Both the position numbers and the translations under genes were made by a program. The notes beneath the pieces are model-generated. The model searched no databases and was not told the DNA's origin. It worked only from the letters and a program-made list of their open reading frames with translations. A stretch of DNA of 63,893 bases, counting the filler, from Gonapodya sp. JEL0774 (Eukaryota): the NCBI GenBank assembly GCA_027604505.1. It is 23 parts of 23 records of this genome, joined end to end, with 100 filler letters (N's around TTAATTAATTAA, not from the genome) between each part and the next. Parts side by side here need not be neighbours in the genome. Positions count along the whole stretch, not along the records: positions 61,227 to 63,893 come from JADIIX010001764.1; 22 more parts are not named here. One strand, 5' to 3'. Shown here one piece after another: positions 61,545 to 63,893 of this stretch (positions are counted from its first letter, which is position 1; each line of letters starts with the position of its first letter).

Positions 61545-62985
61545 GAGCTGCGCGAAACTATCCTCAGCCGAAAAAATTTGGTCCTTCGCTGCTCTCGGTG
61601 CAAAATCTCTCAAATCAAATCTTCTGGTTTGCTCGTACATACATACACTACCTCGGGACAATCCGCTCGCGGAATGTCTCGCAGCGAACGGTACCCCCTC
61701 ACTCTATCGCAAACTTGCCTGAAGCTTCTTCTTTCGTCGGAAAGCGGAACATATTGGGACGATGAAGATATGTTTCGTCTGTTGCTGCTATCAGGATCAT
61801 CGCCCGAGATGGATCATCAGAAGCGACTCCAAGTGAGCCCTCAAACATCCTGAAACCTTTTAAGAATACTAAATTTTATATCCTGTGCCTTTCAGACTCT
61901 TATCGTCTCCCTGGTATCTCGCGGTTTGCTGTGTTCTCATTCTTATCCACATAGAGAATCGGAACAGTCAATTACTTTATACTGGCTCCCGAATGAAGGA
62001 CGCTCAATCGAGGAAAATAGCGGGCATTTTGCCATTGAACTCACTGACAAGAGCGTACCTGTAGCAAACGCTCCCGGGAATGGGAAGGTTACGATGAGGG
62101 ACGTGGATGAACGCACAGAGGCCCGGCGAGTACGTTCAATAAAGTGCCTTTCATATTGAGCTTTGAACCCGATAGATGTGCTTGTAGAAATCCAGTTCAC
62201 GGCGGTCGTTTGGGGTGCCATTCAAACCCCCGTCCTTTGTCAAACCAGCGCAAACCACCAATCCTGCGACTCCACTTTCTGCACCTTCCACTCCGGCACG
62301 AAGTACGAATTCTCAAATAACCCGAATCAGCTTCACCCCACGTGGTACTCCCGCTTCGTCCAAATTGAGGCGGTTGAAACAGCCGGAGCTCACCCCGCTT
62401 GACTCAGAAAAGAAGGAGCTTGCAAAAGTACTACACACAGCAGAAGAGACTCTGAGGAGATTAAAGTTTCTTAGGAAGCAGACGGAGACTGTGAGTGAGC
62501 TAGTGCCTTTCTAGGTCATATTGAAACCGCTATTGAAAGTCTCACGGCGCACTGATCGCGACTTTGTTCACACCCAGGGAGAGTCTGAGACCATCGCCAA
62601 CCTTATTTCCAAATGGCGTGATACTTGCCAACAGGCAGCTCGGGACTACCGTACGAAAATGATGGACAACCGTTCTTCTTCAGCGGTAGACCGTGGTGGA
62701 ACGGGATTTGAACAGTTCACAAAGCTTCACGGTGGATCAGCCTGGGACTTGGATATCCCTCCATGGGAGAAGCCGTCGTGGGGATGGGATGATAGCGGTT
62801 CAAGTGAGAGCCCGGGTCGTGGCGACGAAGCGGACGGGGAAGATCGCTTTGGGGAAAGGTCGAAACCTGGAACCGAAACGGTGGACCATTTCTCACTCAA
62901 GATGATCCTGGCGAGAATGGGTATGCCACTTGAGAGGGCGGTGGAGTTGTTGGGGTTCAACGAAGCGGAGGATGATTTTTTGTAA
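61545..62985 (+). CDS. Sfr1/Mei5-like recombination factor; 5' extent uncertain
   Basis: PFKPP, a coiled coil, LISKWRDTCQQAA, and C-terminal FSLKMILARMGM...LLGFNEAEDDFL*. Confidence 0.72.
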
Positions 62986-63133
62986 AGACGAGTCGAGCCC
63001 CTTCTCGCATCAGGCTGAGGGAATGAACATAAAGGGCAGAGTGTAAAAATTTGTATAGTCACATACCCCTATACCTTACACTATAATCGTGAATGCACTT
63101 TCCGCCGATGTCGCGGCGCACGTTGGAACCAGT

Positions 63134-63893
63134 TCACCATCCTCCCCTTTCCAGAATAACCGCCTCCAGCACCTCCCCCTCCTCGACCTCATCCACATTC
63201 TTCCCTTCTGCCTCTCTCTCTTTCCTGGCGGGCACTCTGATCAACCCATTGGCACCAGCCATGCTCGCCACCCTGCTGCTCCGTTGCATACCCGTCGTCG
63301 TCGCCGTCCATTCCACTAGAGCCGAGTCAGCAAAAGATCGCGTGAGGGTGAGTCGAGCACGCATGTATTCTGGACGAGGGTCAGTGGGCACGGCATGTAG
63401 GAGGCGGACAGGGATGGTTTGATGGTTGGGTGATGGGTGGGATGACAGAAGGCGGAGAGAGGGAAGGGCGAAGAGGTGGAACGTCACTGCGGGGAGCACG
63501 GTGGTGTGGATGATTATCGGTATTCACATACATGTCAGTGTGACGAAAAAGCGATGTTCACGTGCAAAACAGTGTGACCGTACCAAGAGCCGAGACCGGA
63601 TTTCCCGGCAAAGCAAACACCATCTTCTTCATTCCCGTAACCGCCTCTTTGTCCTTGTGTACTACAGCCACTGTGACCGGCTTCCCTGGTTTCACGTCTA
63701 CCCTCCCAAATACGATCTCGGCACCACAACCGTGTTCCAGTACAGGTTTGAGCAAGTCCAAGTCACCCATTGAGACACCTCCGGTAGTCAGGAGGACGTC
63801 AATCTCGGTGGGGTGGCCTGGATCGATGCCGAGGGCGCGGCGGAGGGTGGTTGTGAGAAGGGCGGCGCTAGTCGTATGTTCGCAATACGAACA
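63134..63893 (-). CDS. Molybdopterin molybdenumtransferase (MoeA/gephyrin E domain), C-terminal part
   Basis: DVLLTTGGVSMGDLDLLKP, VKPGKP, FALPGNPVSAL/VTFHLFALP, DPRPEYMRA, QRSSRVASMAGANGL. Confidence 0.95.

Overview
This window is not one locus. It is 23 unrelated contigs of about 2.7 kb, sorted by decreasing length and joined by identical 100-nt linkers (44 N + TTAATTAATTAA + 44 N), so adjacency means something only within a contig. The DNA is eukaryotic, with many short GT-AG introns, and looks like an early-diverging zoosporic fungus (chytrid or Monoblepharidomycete such as Gonapodya; this is inference from gene content only). Conserved genes, mostly partial, include RPB1, PAP1, VPS52, GET4, BUD20, PSD2, DHRS12-like SDR, SFR1/MEI5-like, MoeA/gephyrin, DIS3L2-like, a rhomboid, a nucleoside hydrolase, three transporters and tRNA-Arg(CCG). 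There are also F-box and Sel1-repeat genes, an HMG-box factor, Ty3/gypsy and Ty1/copia retroelements (one with a nested solo LTR) and decayed DNA transposons. The strongest leads are: (1) a spliced globin-like protein ending in a polybasic stretch plus CaaX box, which the ORF track misses; (2) a Ty1/copia element with a 107-nt stem-loop, splice signals and an abrupt CpG boundary at the gag/pol junction; (3) hairpin-packed long introns in RPB1, PAP1 and BUD20; (4) likely horizontally acquired genes (oomycete-like catalase-peroxidase, intron-bearing GyrI-like protein, WS/DGAT). No multi-gene novel system can be shown, because the contigs are too short.
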